Source: Thermoplasmata archaeon (GTDB taxonomy: Archaea; Thermoplasmatota; Thermoplasmata; Lutacidiplasmatales; UBA184). From it: a DNA stretch of 64,000 nucleotides. A program made the position numbers and the translations under genes. Under the pieces are notes generated by a model. It worked only from the letters and a program-made list of their open reading frames with translations. It ran no database searches and was not told the origin of the DNA. Below, in pieces: positions 28,434-37,704 of the stretch. The stretch covers positions 77,001-141,000 of the forward strand of contig DASWZL010000107.1 in NCBI GenBank assembly GCA_036404475.1. Reading direction: 5' to 3'. How positions within the stretch are numbered: position 1 is the first letter of the stretch; every line of letters starts with the position of its first letter.

Positions 28434-29300
28434 ATGGCGACCCGCGCATTGCCTTTGACCGCCCCCCCCACGAACGATCCCGCTCCAGTCGGGCCCGTTC
28501 CCGGCCGCGTGGGTGAACCCTTCTTCCCCGCCGGACTCCCCCACAAGCTCCCGCCGCGCCGGGGTCGCGCGTCGTCGGGACCCGGTCCCCACATGGGGTC
28601 GGCGGTCTTCCCGGCCCGCCTGTTCGACCGCCCGAACTCGGTCTTGGTCTACGGAGCTCGTCGGCCGCTCGTCAACCTGACCCTCTTCGCCCTCGCCACG
28701 ACCACGAACCCCGACTTTGAGTGGGTGGAGATCGGCGTGCCGAAGGAAGATCGGACCCTCTTCGAGCCGGTCCAGCTGGGTTGGATTCCCGAGGACCGCC
28801 TCTGGCGCGTGGACCAGCCCGATGCCCTCCTACCCGACGACCGGAGCGCGAACCTCTCCCTCGTCGGCACGATCCGGTCGGACGAGCCGCCAGAGATTCT
28901 CGCCCAGATGATCGAGTTCCTGCGGCTCCCCGATAGATCGCAACGGATCCTCGCCACCCGACCCCCCGAGGACAAGCCCGGGGTGGTCGCGGTCGCCAAC
29001 GCCCAGCGCGCCGAGGGAACCTTCGCGGCAAGTCGTGTTCCGTCGATCCTGGCCGTGCATCGGAACGCCGGCTTCTCGGTCTTCGTCGGGTACGCGGAGT
29101 CGCCGGGCCCGGGACGGGACCTATTCGACTTCGTCTTCCACTTGAATGGCGAGAACGAGAACGTCGCGGATTGGAGGAAGAGTCAACTGGTCTGCGAGCG
29201 GGGGATCACGTCCGGACCGCTCCGGGATTCTCGGCCGTTCCCTATCGAGGAAATCCCGATCTTGGCGGATGTCCTATCGAGGGCAGCGCGTTCGGCGTAG
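28434..29300 (+). CDS. Uncharacterised protein, paralog of 37705-38409 (start may be 28593)
   Basis: Shares P.F.W, FL.LP.R.QRIL, VV.VAN..R and W....LV.E.G..SG.LR with 37705-38409. Confidence 0.8.
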   Translation: MATRALPLTAPPTNDPAPVGPVPGRVGEPFFPAGLPHKLPPRRGRASSGPGPHMGSAVFPARLFDRPNSVLVYGARRPLVNLTLFALATTTNPDFEWVEIGVPKEDRTLFEPVQLGWIPEDRLWRVDQPDALLPDDRSANLSLVGTIRSDEPPEILAQMIEFLRLPDRSQRILATRPPEDKPGVVAVANAQRAEGTFAASRVPSILAVHRNAGFSVFVGYAESPGPGRDLFDFVFHLNGENENVADWRKSQLVCERGITSGPLRDSRPFPIEEIPILADVLSRAARSA

Positions 29301-29320
29301 CCCGCGACGCGCCGGTCAGG

Positions 29321-29860
29321 TCAGCGTCGGAGGCGGGAGCGGTGCGGCGTCTTCGCCATAGTCCGGCCGACGAGACCCATCCGACGTGCTAGCCGCTGGT
29401 GCTCGTTCCGGCTGATCCACTCAACCTTGAGGTAGTCGATCAGCTGGCGATTGGTCATGCCGATACGGCGACCCTCCTTCACCGTGAACGCGTACGCCTC
29501 GATCTCGGACGGCGCGTCCACGTAGCTCAGCTTCGGATAGAAGAGCGGCCTCCCCTTCCGAAACTGGTTCACATGACAGAGTTCGTGGACCACGTCGAGA
29601 TACACGGTTCGGAAGTCCGAGTCGCTGAGGTGGTGAGTGCTGACCAAAAGGTGACCGTCAACGTCGCTCGTTCCCATGTAGCCGAATCGGGCCGAGAAGA
29701 ACTCGACCTTCAGACTCTTGAGAACTCGCGCCGTGTCCTTGCCGAAGAGATCGCGCACGGCGGGAACGTCACCGAAACCTCGGAAGAACCGCTCGAACGG
29801 GAGCAGACGGGTGGGCGCCTGTCTCTCAATCCGGACCCCAAGTTTCGACTCTACGGCCAC
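29321..29860 (-). CDS. Putative zincin metallopeptidase-like protein
   Basis: VVHELCHVNQ (HExxH) with downstream EIEAY. Confidence 0.75.
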   Translation of the reverse strand: MAVESKLGVRIERQAPTRLLPFERFFRGFGDVPAVRDLFGKDTARVLKSLKVEFFSARFGYMGTSDVDGHLLVSTHHLSDSDFRTVYLDVVHELCHVNQFRKGRPLFYPKLSYVDAPSEIEAYAFTVKEGRRIGMTNRQLIDYLKVEWISRNEHQRLARRMGLVGRTMAKTPHRSRLRR

Positions 29861-29981
29861 CGCGGTCCTCTCCGTCGGCGGCCCCCAGTTCGGACGAGGC
29901 TATTAGCCCGGAGGGAAGGAAAGGTTCGTCCGGTCCTGCGGTCACCGGTCCCGTGGACCCCCATGGCACCGACGCTTCGTC

Positions 29982-30392
29982 CTATCGCGCTCGCATCCGG
30001 TTGTTCTTCGGGTTGTGCTCTACCTCCGCCAACCCGAGCTTCTCCAGGACGGGCGGTAGGTACATCCCGAAGCGTCCACGGAACCCCTTGCGGAGGCCGT
30101 ACCAACCCCCCACGGGGTTCCTGGGCGAGCGACCCCACTCCTCGACGGTTCCGGGGGGGGCCGGCTTCTGCTCGTCGGCGCTGCCGAGAGAGACCCAATC
30201 TCCGCGCGTCTTCAGCATTGCGTACAAATCCTCGATCGAGCCGAGATGGTACCGGAGCTCGGTCGTCCCGGCTTGGATCACGAGCGCCGGCGGGTTGAGG
30301 GCGGCGTCGCGGAACGCTTGGAACTCCGATTGTCCGCTCGGCGTCTTCAGGATCCAGGGCCGTCCCCGCGTTCCGTCCTGCGTACTCGGCAT
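29982..30392 (-). CDS. Conserved hypothetical protein (DUF6855-like)
   Basis: PWILKTP, LGSADEQK, NPVGGWYGLRKG.RGRF, AEVEHNPKNNRMRA. Confidence 0.75.
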   Translation of the reverse strand: MPSTQDGTRGRPWILKTPSGQSEFQAFRDAALNPPALVIQAGTTELRYHLGSIEDLYAMLKTRGDWVSLGSADEQKPAPPGTVEEWGRSPRNPVGGWYGLRKGFRGRFGMYLPPVLEKLGLAEVEHNPKNNRMRAR

Positions 30393-30582
30393 CTCGGCTC
30401 CCCACTCTCGACCCCGACCGGGGCGGCCCCCATTAAGGCCCGCGGTAACTCCTAGACGACTTCGAAGGCGACATTCGCCATCAATCGGTATTATGGCCCG
30501 GGACGGACTGCCCGCGGCTGATGTCCGACCTCGTCCGCCTCGTGGCGCGTCACCGTGTCGTGGAAGACCCCTCCGGTGGCCA

Positions 30583-31173
30583 ATGACCGAGCGCGCCACG
30601 TACATCGTCATCGAGGGGATCGATGGGACCGGAAAGACGGAGCTGGCCGCGCGACTGGTCCCTCCGCTGCTCGGGCGGGGTCATTCGATCTCGAGCTTCC
30701 GAGAGCCGACCGACAAGTTCCTCCGGTCCGAGTTCGCACGGCTCAACAAAGTGGACTCGTTCGCGGCCGCGCTGTGCCTCACGGTCGACCGAGCTCTGCT
30801 CCGTCCCCTGATCGACCGCGCGCTCGAGATGGGGGACATTGTCATCCAGGACCGGTCGTTCTACTCGTCGCTGGCGTACCAGTACCCCGGATTGAGCCCT
30901 GAGACGTGGCGCGAGGTGGACCGCATCGAGCGTGAGGTCGCTCTCGAGCCAGACCTGGTCCTGTATCTGGACGCGCCCGTGGAGGTCGCCATGAAACGGA
31001 TCGAGGCTCGGGGTCAGCGGAACGCCTTCGAGGACGAACCGTACCTCGTGAAGGTGAAACGGAAGTTCGAGCAGCTGTTCCAACCCCCGCGCTGGGTGCG
31101 GATCAACGCGGGCGGCACGCCCGAACAGACGCTGGAGCAGGCAATGAACGCGCTCCTGGCGCTCGGCCTGTGA
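30583..31173 (+). CDS. tmk: Thymidylate kinase
   Basis: IEGIDGTGKT, REP, QDRSFYSSLAYQ, PDLVLYLD. Confidence 0.93.
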   Translation: MTERATYIVIEGIDGTGKTELAARLVPPLLGRGHSISSFREPTDKFLRSEFARLNKVDSFAAALCLTVDRALLRPLIDRALEMGDIVIQDRSFYSSLAYQYPGLSPETWREVDRIEREVALEPDLVLYLDAPVEVAMKRIEARGQRNAFEDEPYLVKVKRKFEQLFQPPRWVRINAGGTPEQTLEQAMNALLALGL

Positions 31174-31357
31174 ACGGAATCGGCCGACGAAGAATCCGAG
31201 CGCTGGACCGGTGTTGAAATAGACGGAGCGCCCTAGATGCGATCACACTCGGTCGCCGGCCGGGTAGACCCATAAAGATGCCAAAGAAGGGCCAGAAGAA
31301 GAAGAGGTAACGACCCGCTCCGGGCGTTTCCTCGGTGAGCGACACCGGGGGAGTTGC

Positions 31358-31600
31358 TTGCGTGAACCAACCTCCCCGCTCCGGCGAGCGGGGGATGTTC
31401 GCGGACTCCCCTACCCTGTGCGATTCCTGGTTCGAGGAGCTGTTTACGTGACCCGACGGCTCGAGGTCGACCTCGTCACGGTGGGCGATCCGAGGATAGC
31501 TGTTCTTCTTCACGGGACTCACAACCTTCTGGCTCGCGACTCGCGGAGACTTCCGCTCCGATGGGACTCGAAGCCCTCCGACCCATCGCTTCGTCAGTGA
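31358..31600 (+). CDS. Possible small hypothetical protein
   Basis: 80 aa with beta-strand-like pattern; weak support. Confidence 0.3.
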   Translation: MREPTSPLRRAGDVRGLPYPVRFLVRGAVYVTRRLEVDLVTVGDPRIAVLLHGTHNLLARDSRRLPLRWDSKPSDPSLRQ

Positions 31601-31731
31601 CCGACCCGTCCTAGGGGTCGTCCGACGGACGCGCGCACGAGCTACCGGTCCGCGCGAGGCCCCCGGGAGGGCGTTCCAGTGGTTCGATAGGTTCATGGCC
31701 CTCCTTCCCGGCACTTCCAACCGGTTCTGGC

Positions 31732-33042
31732 ATGAGCAGGGTCGTCCACAACGCACGGGCCTTCCCGAACCCTGCCGGCTGGGAGCGGTTCACCCGTCTT
31801 TCTCACCAGCTCCTCCTGCCGGCGGCAGCGCTCACCTCCCTCTTTCTCGGCCTGGCCCTGCTTCTCGACCCCTTGGCACGTGTCGGCGTCTACACCCCCT
31901 TCGCCCTATTGGCGGTCGGGCTGGGAGCGTTGGCCAGTTCCACGTCCTTGTACCGGTGGTGGAACCCCCTTCCTTTGCCGGGGGAATCCGTACCCGCGGT
32001 CGGTGTCGCGACCGCTTCGCGTCCGACGGGCCCACCGACCGAGGCCGCTACCGGACCGGCGGACCGGCCACGCTCTCCCATCACGGGCCGAGGGTCCGAA
32101 TGGCGGGTGCTGTCCAGCCCCTCCGACCCCGGAGACGAGACCTGGCTCTCCTGGCTTCCCCGGGAGCGTCGGCGACTAGGGCCAAAGGCGATCGGGTCCG
32201 TTCCCGGCGTGGTCCACTCGCCCGGCAAGGCCGGGAATCTCGTGGCCTTTCCCGTCCGGAACTACTACCACGGCGTCCGGTCCGCTATGGGATCCGGGGA
32301 GATCGCCGGTTCTGCCTCCTTGGCCAAACCTCCCCGGAGCATCGCCGAGGTGGATAGCGCACCTGTCTCCCCCCCGACTCCCGACGATCGGAGCCGCGGC
32401 CTGCCCCCGCCGTCGCCGAGGGCGGAGCCGCTCTCCGAGGAGGAACTCGATCGCCTGTTTCCCCCGGTCTCGGGCCGACGGTCCGTTTTTCTCTCGGAAG
32501 CTCCGGAAAGGGTCGGTGGCCCGTCGTCCTGGGCGATGGAACCGGGCCTACCCGCCGACCCCCCGGCCCGCTCGGACGAATCCGCACGGTCGACGGAACG
32601 CGATTGGTCCACTCCCGAGGGGGACGGGGACTCGCCTTCCCGAGGCGTACCTTTCGAGGACCAGCGTGCGGACCGTCCCACGATCCCCGGATCGACGGCC
32701 TTCTCCCGTTCCGGTCCGCTCGGCGTCTTCCCTCGACCGGACGCCCGGTCGGCCGACCTCTTCCTCGAGGCCGCCAACCCGGTGCCACCCCACTTGAGAG
32801 GCACTGGCCTTCCCGTGCGCATGGAACCTCACCGGCCCGCCCGCCGTTCCCTGAACTCGGCGAGCCAACGGTCGGTGTGCGCCTCTTGCTCCAAAGTGGT
32901 CGTGAACCTTCGCATGAGCGGACCCTGCCCAAAGTGCCTACGACCGATCTGCAACGATTGTCTTCGCCAGGCGTTCGTCGCCCAAGGCCACGGATGGTGC
33001 CTCGACTGCTCCTCCGTCCCCGCCCCCGTGCCCGCCGGCTGA
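31732..33042 (+). CDS. 2-TM protein with long disordered linker and C-terminal FYVE-like Cys8 zinc finger
   Basis: N-terminal TM hairpin, P/S/R-rich linker, C-x2-C-x12-C-x2-C-x4-C-x2-C-x12-C-x2-C. Confidence 0.75.
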   Translation: MSRVVHNARAFPNPAGWERFTRLSHQLLLPAAALTSLFLGLALLLDPLARVGVYTPFALLAVGLGALASSTSLYRWWNPLPLPGESVPAVGVATASRPTGPPTEAATGPADRPRSPITGRGSEWRVLSSPSDPGDETWLSWLPRERRRLGPKAIGSVPGVVHSPGKAGNLVAFPVRNYYHGVRSAMGSGEIAGSASLAKPPRSIAEVDSAPVSPPTPDDRSRGLPPPSPRAEPLSEEELDRLFPPVSGRRSVFLSEAPERVGGPSSWAMEPGLPADPPARSDESARSTERDWSTPEGDGDSPSRGVPFEDQRADRPTIPGSTAFSRSGPLGVFPRPDARSADLFLEAANPVPPHLRGTGLPVRMEPHRPARRSLNSASQRSVCASCSKVVVNLRMSGPCPKCLRPICNDCLRQAFVAQGHGWCLDCSSVPAPVPAG

Positions 33043-33124
33043 ACCGGGGGACGGCGGGTCGGGGAACGGCGCCGTCGTGCGAGGGCGAACGCTGGCCGAC
33101 CGGGAGAGGAACTCGCGAGCGGCG

Positions 33125-33586
33125 CTATCGGCGACGAGCTCTCCGGTAGTCGGTTTCCAACGCCTTCGCGAACTGTCGCCACGCGCCGAGGGTGCTCTTT
33201 TCGATGGACTTCCGGGACGGGGGTCGTCCTCCGAGAGCGGACACGCGACGCTTCCAGGTGAGCTCGAACCGGGTCCGTTCGGGGCCGAGCGCGGTCAGCG
33301 CGTAGTCGAGGGTAGCGTCTCGGTAGTTCCCGACGGAATCCGAGTGCCAACGGTTCGGCGGATTCAGGGTGACCACATGTCGGGCCCACCGCCATCCGGT
33401 GGGGGTCAATTCCAGGTCTTCGTAGACCACTCGACGAGCCGTTCGTTCGAGGACCTTCCGTTCGTACGACTCGCCTTCCCGCCGGGCGTCATCCGGACGG
33501 AAGTCGGTGCACCAACGGAACACGAACGCGAGAGGCACGCGTAGTACGGTCTCGATGTGATACTCCGTTCGAGGCCAGCTCGTCAT
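33125..33586 (-). CDS. START/SRPBCC-like hypothetical protein
   Basis: PLAFVFRWCTDF, beta-rich core, C-terminal helix W..FAKALE. Confidence 0.65.
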   Translation of the reverse strand: MTSWPRTEYHIETVLRVPLAFVFRWCTDFRPDDARREGESYERKVLERTARRVVYEDLELTPTGWRWARHVVTLNPPNRWHSDSVGNYRDATLDYALTALGPERTRFELTWKRRVSALGGRPPSRKSIEKSTLGAWRQFAKALETDYRRARRR

Positions 33587-33622
33587 GGATCCTCCGGGCC
33601 ATCGATCGGCGAAGGTCCGAGG

Positions 33623-34069
33623 CTATGCATCCCCGACCTCCCGAAGGTCCGTCCCGTTGCGGAGGACCGACTTCAGGTTCGTGAGGAAGTACGCCCATCC
33701 CCGGCACGTCCCGCCGTAGTTCTCGACCCAGGCGGGGGTCCTTCCATAGCCGGTGTGTCGGAGGGTGAGAAGGGTTCCGCCCCTCCGGGCGGCCAGGGTG
33801 AAGCTCACCTGGGTCATCCCAAGCCCCTTCGCGGGCCACTCGAGGGAGAGCTTCCGATTCGGAACGAAGGCGATCACCTTGGCTCGGTGGCGATAGCCGA
33901 ACGGCCACACGAACTCGTAGGTCGCCCCGGCCGTAGGCGGCAGGCGGGCCTCCTTCAGGAACCAACGAACGAGCTCCGAAGGTTCGGTGAGCGATCCGAA
34001 AACCTTCGCCACGGGTGCCCGGAAGAAGTAGGTCTGCTGGATTTTCGGTCCCTTACGAATCGGCGTCAT
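33623..34069 (-). CDS. SRPBCC (AHA1-like) domain protein
   Basis: APVAKVFGSLTEPSELVRWF, LTLRHTG, GWAYFLTNLKSVL. Confidence 0.85.
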   Translation of the reverse strand: MTPIRKGPKIQQTYFFRAPVAKVFGSLTEPSELVRWFLKEARLPPTAGATYEFVWPFGYRHRAKVIAFVPNRKLSLEWPAKGLGMTQVSFTLAARRGGTLLTLRHTGYGRTPAWVENYGGTCRGWAYFLTNLKSVLRNGTDLREVGDA

Positions 34070-34174
34070 AGAGTTCGTTCTCCCGGACGCCCCTTCGCCT
34101 ATTTCCTCCCTTGGGAGGGGGCCGGTGGCGGCGTCAGGCCGAAGGGCCGGAACCGAGGACACGGGACGGCGGAT

Positions 34175-34867
34175 CTAGGCAGCGCGTTCGGTAGGCGCTG
34201 TCGTGGCGACGGGGGTCGGGGTGAGCCATCGGGAAAAGTCGGTGAGCCCGATGAACAAGAGAACGATCCCGACGAACTCGGCATAGTAGAGGGCCACGGG
34301 GAACGACGCGATGTAGAACGCCCCACCCGCGGCGAGGACGCTCGCACCGGCGATCATCAGGAAGCCTTTCCAGTGGAACGCGCGGCGAAGAGAGATGATC
34401 CCGAAGCCGAGGAGGACCACGGTCGCGGGGACGGTGATCAGCGACGAGAGGACCAGGAGGAGCACTGGAGGATTGCCCGAGATGACGCCGCCCTGCACCA
34501 TCGATTCCGACACCGGTGTCGTGAAGCAGAAGAGGCCGACGACCGCCGAGACCCCAATGATGTAGCTGGCGTAGACGTTCCGGTAGACCGAACGCCGGAA
34601 CGCGCGCACGGACCCGAGGGACAGCGTGCCCACGATAGCGGCCGAGAAGAACACGTACGCCTGCAGCATCACCGTGGAGACCACGCCGACGTACGCTGTC
34701 AGCTCGATCGCGGTGGCGGCAGCGCCGAATCCCAGTCCGACCCCCCACCCCAGCTGGGAGTGCCGGCGGGTGCGGTAGAACCGGACGAACCCCCGCGCGG
34801 CCAGCGCCGTCAGGACTCCCGTGAGGACTCCGAGAGAGACGGCGATTCCCCAATCTTCGGCGTTCAA
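34175..34867 (-). CDS. Uncharacterised 7-TM membrane protein (paralog of 3400-4089)
   Basis: TTG start; shares GV.SGNPP, TVPAT.VLLG and YIASFPVALYY.EF. Confidence 0.85.
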   Translation of the reverse strand: MNAEDWGIAVSLGVLTGVLTALAARGFVRFYRTRRHSQLGWGVGLGFGAAATAIELTAYVGVVSTVMLQAYVFFSAAIVGTLSLGSVRAFRRSVYRNVYASYIIGVSAVVGLFCFTTPVSESMVQGGVISGNPPVLLLVLSSLITVPATVVLLGFGIISLRRAFHWKGFLMIAGASVLAAGGAFYIASFPVALYYAEFVGIVLLFIGLTDFSRWLTPTPVATTAPTERAA

Positions 34868-34986
34868 TGTCCCGTGCGGACCGGTTCGGAGACGGTCCGC
34901 CCTGTAATGTCCCCAATGGTACGAACTATTGATACCCTTCCAACGGCGAGCTCATCGGGAACGCCAGAGAAACCGCGGAGGGAAAC

Positions 34987-35910
34987 CTAGGAGCCTCCGT
35001 GGGAAGGGGGTTCCGCCTCTCCCGGGCTTCGAGCGACGGGGGGGCGGGTACGGTTCCCCGTGGCGAAGACCAGCGAGAGGCCGGCCACCACTAGGAGGAA
35101 ACCGCCCACCTCCCAAACGGTGATCGGCTCTCCGTAAAGACCCGACCCGAGACCCACGCCCACGAGCGGCAGCAGGTAGGTGACGAGGTTGGCCCGACCC
35201 GGTCCGATTTGGTGGTGCAACCGGAAGTAGACTACGTATCCGAGCAGGGAGGAGAACACCACCAGGACCAGCAGCGGGCCCCACACGGCGAACGTGAGCG
35301 GCAGTCGTTCGGGTCCCCGGAGCACGAGCATCGCGAGGCCCAGGATCCCCGCGCCGACACCGAACTGGAACGAGAGCTGCCACGTGCCTTCCCGCTCTCG
35401 CCCCCAACGGCGGAGGAGGACCGTTCCTAGCGGGAACACGACGAATGCCCCCATCACCGCGACCGGTCCCATCCAACCACCGCCGACACCTCCGAGGAGG
35501 CTCGGAAGAACGAGGACGAGGATACCGACGAACCCCAGGGCGATCCCCGCGACGGCGACCCGAGAGAGACGCTCCGACGGAAGGAGGGAGTAGGCGAAGA
35601 CGACCGTCAGAATCGGTCCCATCCCGGAGAGGACGGAGGCGTACCCTCCCGTGGTGAACTGTTCCCCCCAGTAGAGCAGCATCCCGTAGAAGCCGATGAT
35701 GAGCGTTCCTCCGACGAGCGCGGAGAGGAGGACGGAGCGTTGGCTCGGCCACGCTTCCCTTCGCACCGTGGCCACCAGAGCGAGAAGGCCGGCGACGATC
35801 GCATAGCGTGCGCCGGCGAAGAGAAAGGGCGAGGCGCCCGCCACAATGCCTTCCCGGATCGCCACGTAGGCCGAGCCCCAGAGGACGGCGAGGGCCACCA
35901 GCAACAGCAC
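34987..35910 (-). CDS. EamA/DMT family transporter (start uncertain)
   Basis: LWGSAYVAIR, RYAI, GYASVL, YLLPLVG, GEPIT; about 10 TM. Confidence 0.88.
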   Translation of the reverse strand: MLLLVALAVLWGSAYVAIREGIVAGASPFLFAGARYAIVAGLLALVATVRREAWPSQRSVLLSALVGGTLIIGFYGMLLYWGEQFTTGGYASVLSGMGPILTVVFAYSLLPSERLSRVAVAGIALGFVGILVLVLPSLLGGVGGGWMGPVAVMGAFVVFPLGTVLLRRWGREREGTWQLSFQFGVGAGILGLAMLVLRGPERLPLTFAVWGPLLVLVVFSSLLGYVVYFRLHHQIGPGRANLVTYLLPLVGVGLGSGLYGEPITVWEVGGFLLVVAGLSLVFATGNRTRPPVARSPGEAEPPSHGGS

Positions 35911-36106
35911 GTCGTTTCGAGTGACACGGACCGTTGCCTCCGTGCGAGCTCCCGCTCCTCCTGTCGCGGAACCCACCAACCCGGCGCCTCTCGCAGGGGT
36001 CAACCGACGGAGTCTTATCTGGGAGCGGGGAGGGACCGCTGACGGGGAAGACGGTCTCCGGCCCAGCCTCGGCTCTGAGTCCACCGGGTCCCCGCAAGGA
36101 AGGTGC

Positions 36107-36670
36107 ATGGCGGAGGAGAGGGGAGGGGCCCCCGCCCTCGGCGCCCGTGTTCCGCCTCGGCCGCCCCAGGTAGAGCTGATCGACCTCGTGGGAGAGGACC
36201 GCGAGCGTGCCATCCCGGCCCTGAAGGATGGGTTCGAAGGGATCTACCGGTGGCACGCCAAGCGAACCCTTCGAAGCGCCACCTGGGTACGCGCCGCGGT
36301 CCTCCGAGGCGAGATCGTCGCGGTGTCGGTCCTGGATCGGCTCGACCCCACCGTGGGGTACGTCTACTATCTCTCGACCGCGCGGTCCCATCGGCGGGAA
36401 GGACTCGGAGGACTGCTCCTCGACGATGCGCTCGCGCTCTTCCGTCGGGAACAGACCACCGTCGCCTACGGGGCTGCCGAGGAGGAGAACGACGCCTCGA
36501 TCGAACTCTTCCGCTCCCGGGGATTCCGACGCGTGGAGCGGAAGGAGCTCGGCTTCCGGGAGGGGGGCCTCGGGGCCTGGGGGCTCCGGAGCCGTATGAC
36601 CCTCGTGGGCGGAGAGGTCCTCATGGGGCTCCGTCTCTCCTTGACGGGGCCGTCGCCGGCACCGGAGTGA
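36107..36670 (+). CDS. GNAT N-acetyltransferase
   Basis: HRREGLGGLL, ENDASIELFRSRGF. Confidence 0.85.
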   Translation: MAEERGGAPALGARVPPRPPQVELIDLVGEDRERAIPALKDGFEGIYRWHAKRTLRSATWVRAAVLRGEIVAVSVLDRLDPTVGYVYYLSTARSHRREGLGGLLLDDALALFRREQTTVAYGAAEEENDASIELFRSRGFRRVERKELGFREGGLGAWGLRSRMTLVGGEVLMGLRLSLTGPSPAPE

Positions 36671-36741
36671 CCCACGCTCCGGGGGCCGCGAGAAGGAACG
36701 TCTCCGCGATGCTCCGTGGGGATAGCGGACGGTCCGGGGGG

Positions 36742-37362
36742 CTACTCTACGGGACTCATCGACCGTTCGCTCGGATGCCAGGCGAACCCCTTCCAGGGCG
36801 CCGGGAGATCCCAGTCGAAGGCGCTGATCGTCGTCAGCAGGAACTCGCGCGTCAGCCCGAGGCGTGCCAGCTCGTCCCCGATCCTCGCCCGCCACCGTTC
36901 GGTCGCTTCCTCCACCGAGCGGGTGCCCTGGGGAGCCGGGTAGTCCGGGTAGATGACGAGAACCGTCAGCAAGGCTCCGGACCTCACGACCGAGGGAAGG
37001 TCCTGTTCCACGATCGAATCGGTGGCCACTTTGACCTCCCGGATCGCGACCGCCGGTCGGTCGGGGATGCCGTGCCAGAACCACATCAATTGCGGGACGT
37101 CGGTCCAGCCGGGGGCCTGGACGAGACCGAAGTCCCGAGCGAGCGAAGCCAGGAACGTGGCGAAGGTCCGGTTCCACTCCTCGTAGGAGTACTCGGGCCG
37201 GCTGGGCGGGAGGTTCCCCGGACCTGCCACAAATCGCCGATGGCGGTCGTAGAAGAGCCCGAGTGCCGTCCTTGGGTCGCCCGCCGCCTCATCGAATTGG
37301 GACCGGAACCGGGCGAGCCATTCCCGGGCGTAGATCACGGTGGTGGGAGGGTCACCGCTCAT
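36742..37362 (-). CDS. Hypothetical protein (possible degenerate PD-(D/E)xK fold)
   Basis: Protein-like 206 aa; fold call is inference. Confidence 0.7.
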   Translation of the reverse strand: MSGDPPTTVIYAREWLARFRSQFDEAAGDPRTALGLFYDRHRRFVAGPGNLPPSRPEYSYEEWNRTFATFLASLARDFGLVQAPGWTDVPQLMWFWHGIPDRPAVAIREVKVATDSIVEQDLPSVVRSGALLTVLVIYPDYPAPQGTRSVEEATERWRARIGDELARLGLTREFLLTTISAFDWDLPAPWKGFAWHPSERSMSPVE

Positions 37363-37704
37363 CGGGCCTCGTCGGGCCCGTGAGTCCCGTTCGCGCCGGC
37401 GCGAATCTTCAGCATCTACGGGAACGGGCTCCGAGCCGGGGCTTTAGACATTCGGTCCTCAGGAGAAGGGCTTTCCCGCGGCCCGTGGGTCGAATCAGAT
37501 GACCGGAAGTGGTGCTGGGAGGCCGACCGGCAGCTGCGCCGCCACCCGCCGGACCACCCCCCCGGGAATCCGTCCAGAGCGTCAAGCGCGAGCGCGGTGG
37601 AACAGAATCCGTCGCGACCGGAATCTGGGCGGTGACCTCGGACGTCGTCGCAGGCGAGGAGGAGGGTGGGAGCTCCGAGGAGAGGGTCGGTCGGCCGACT
37701 CGAC

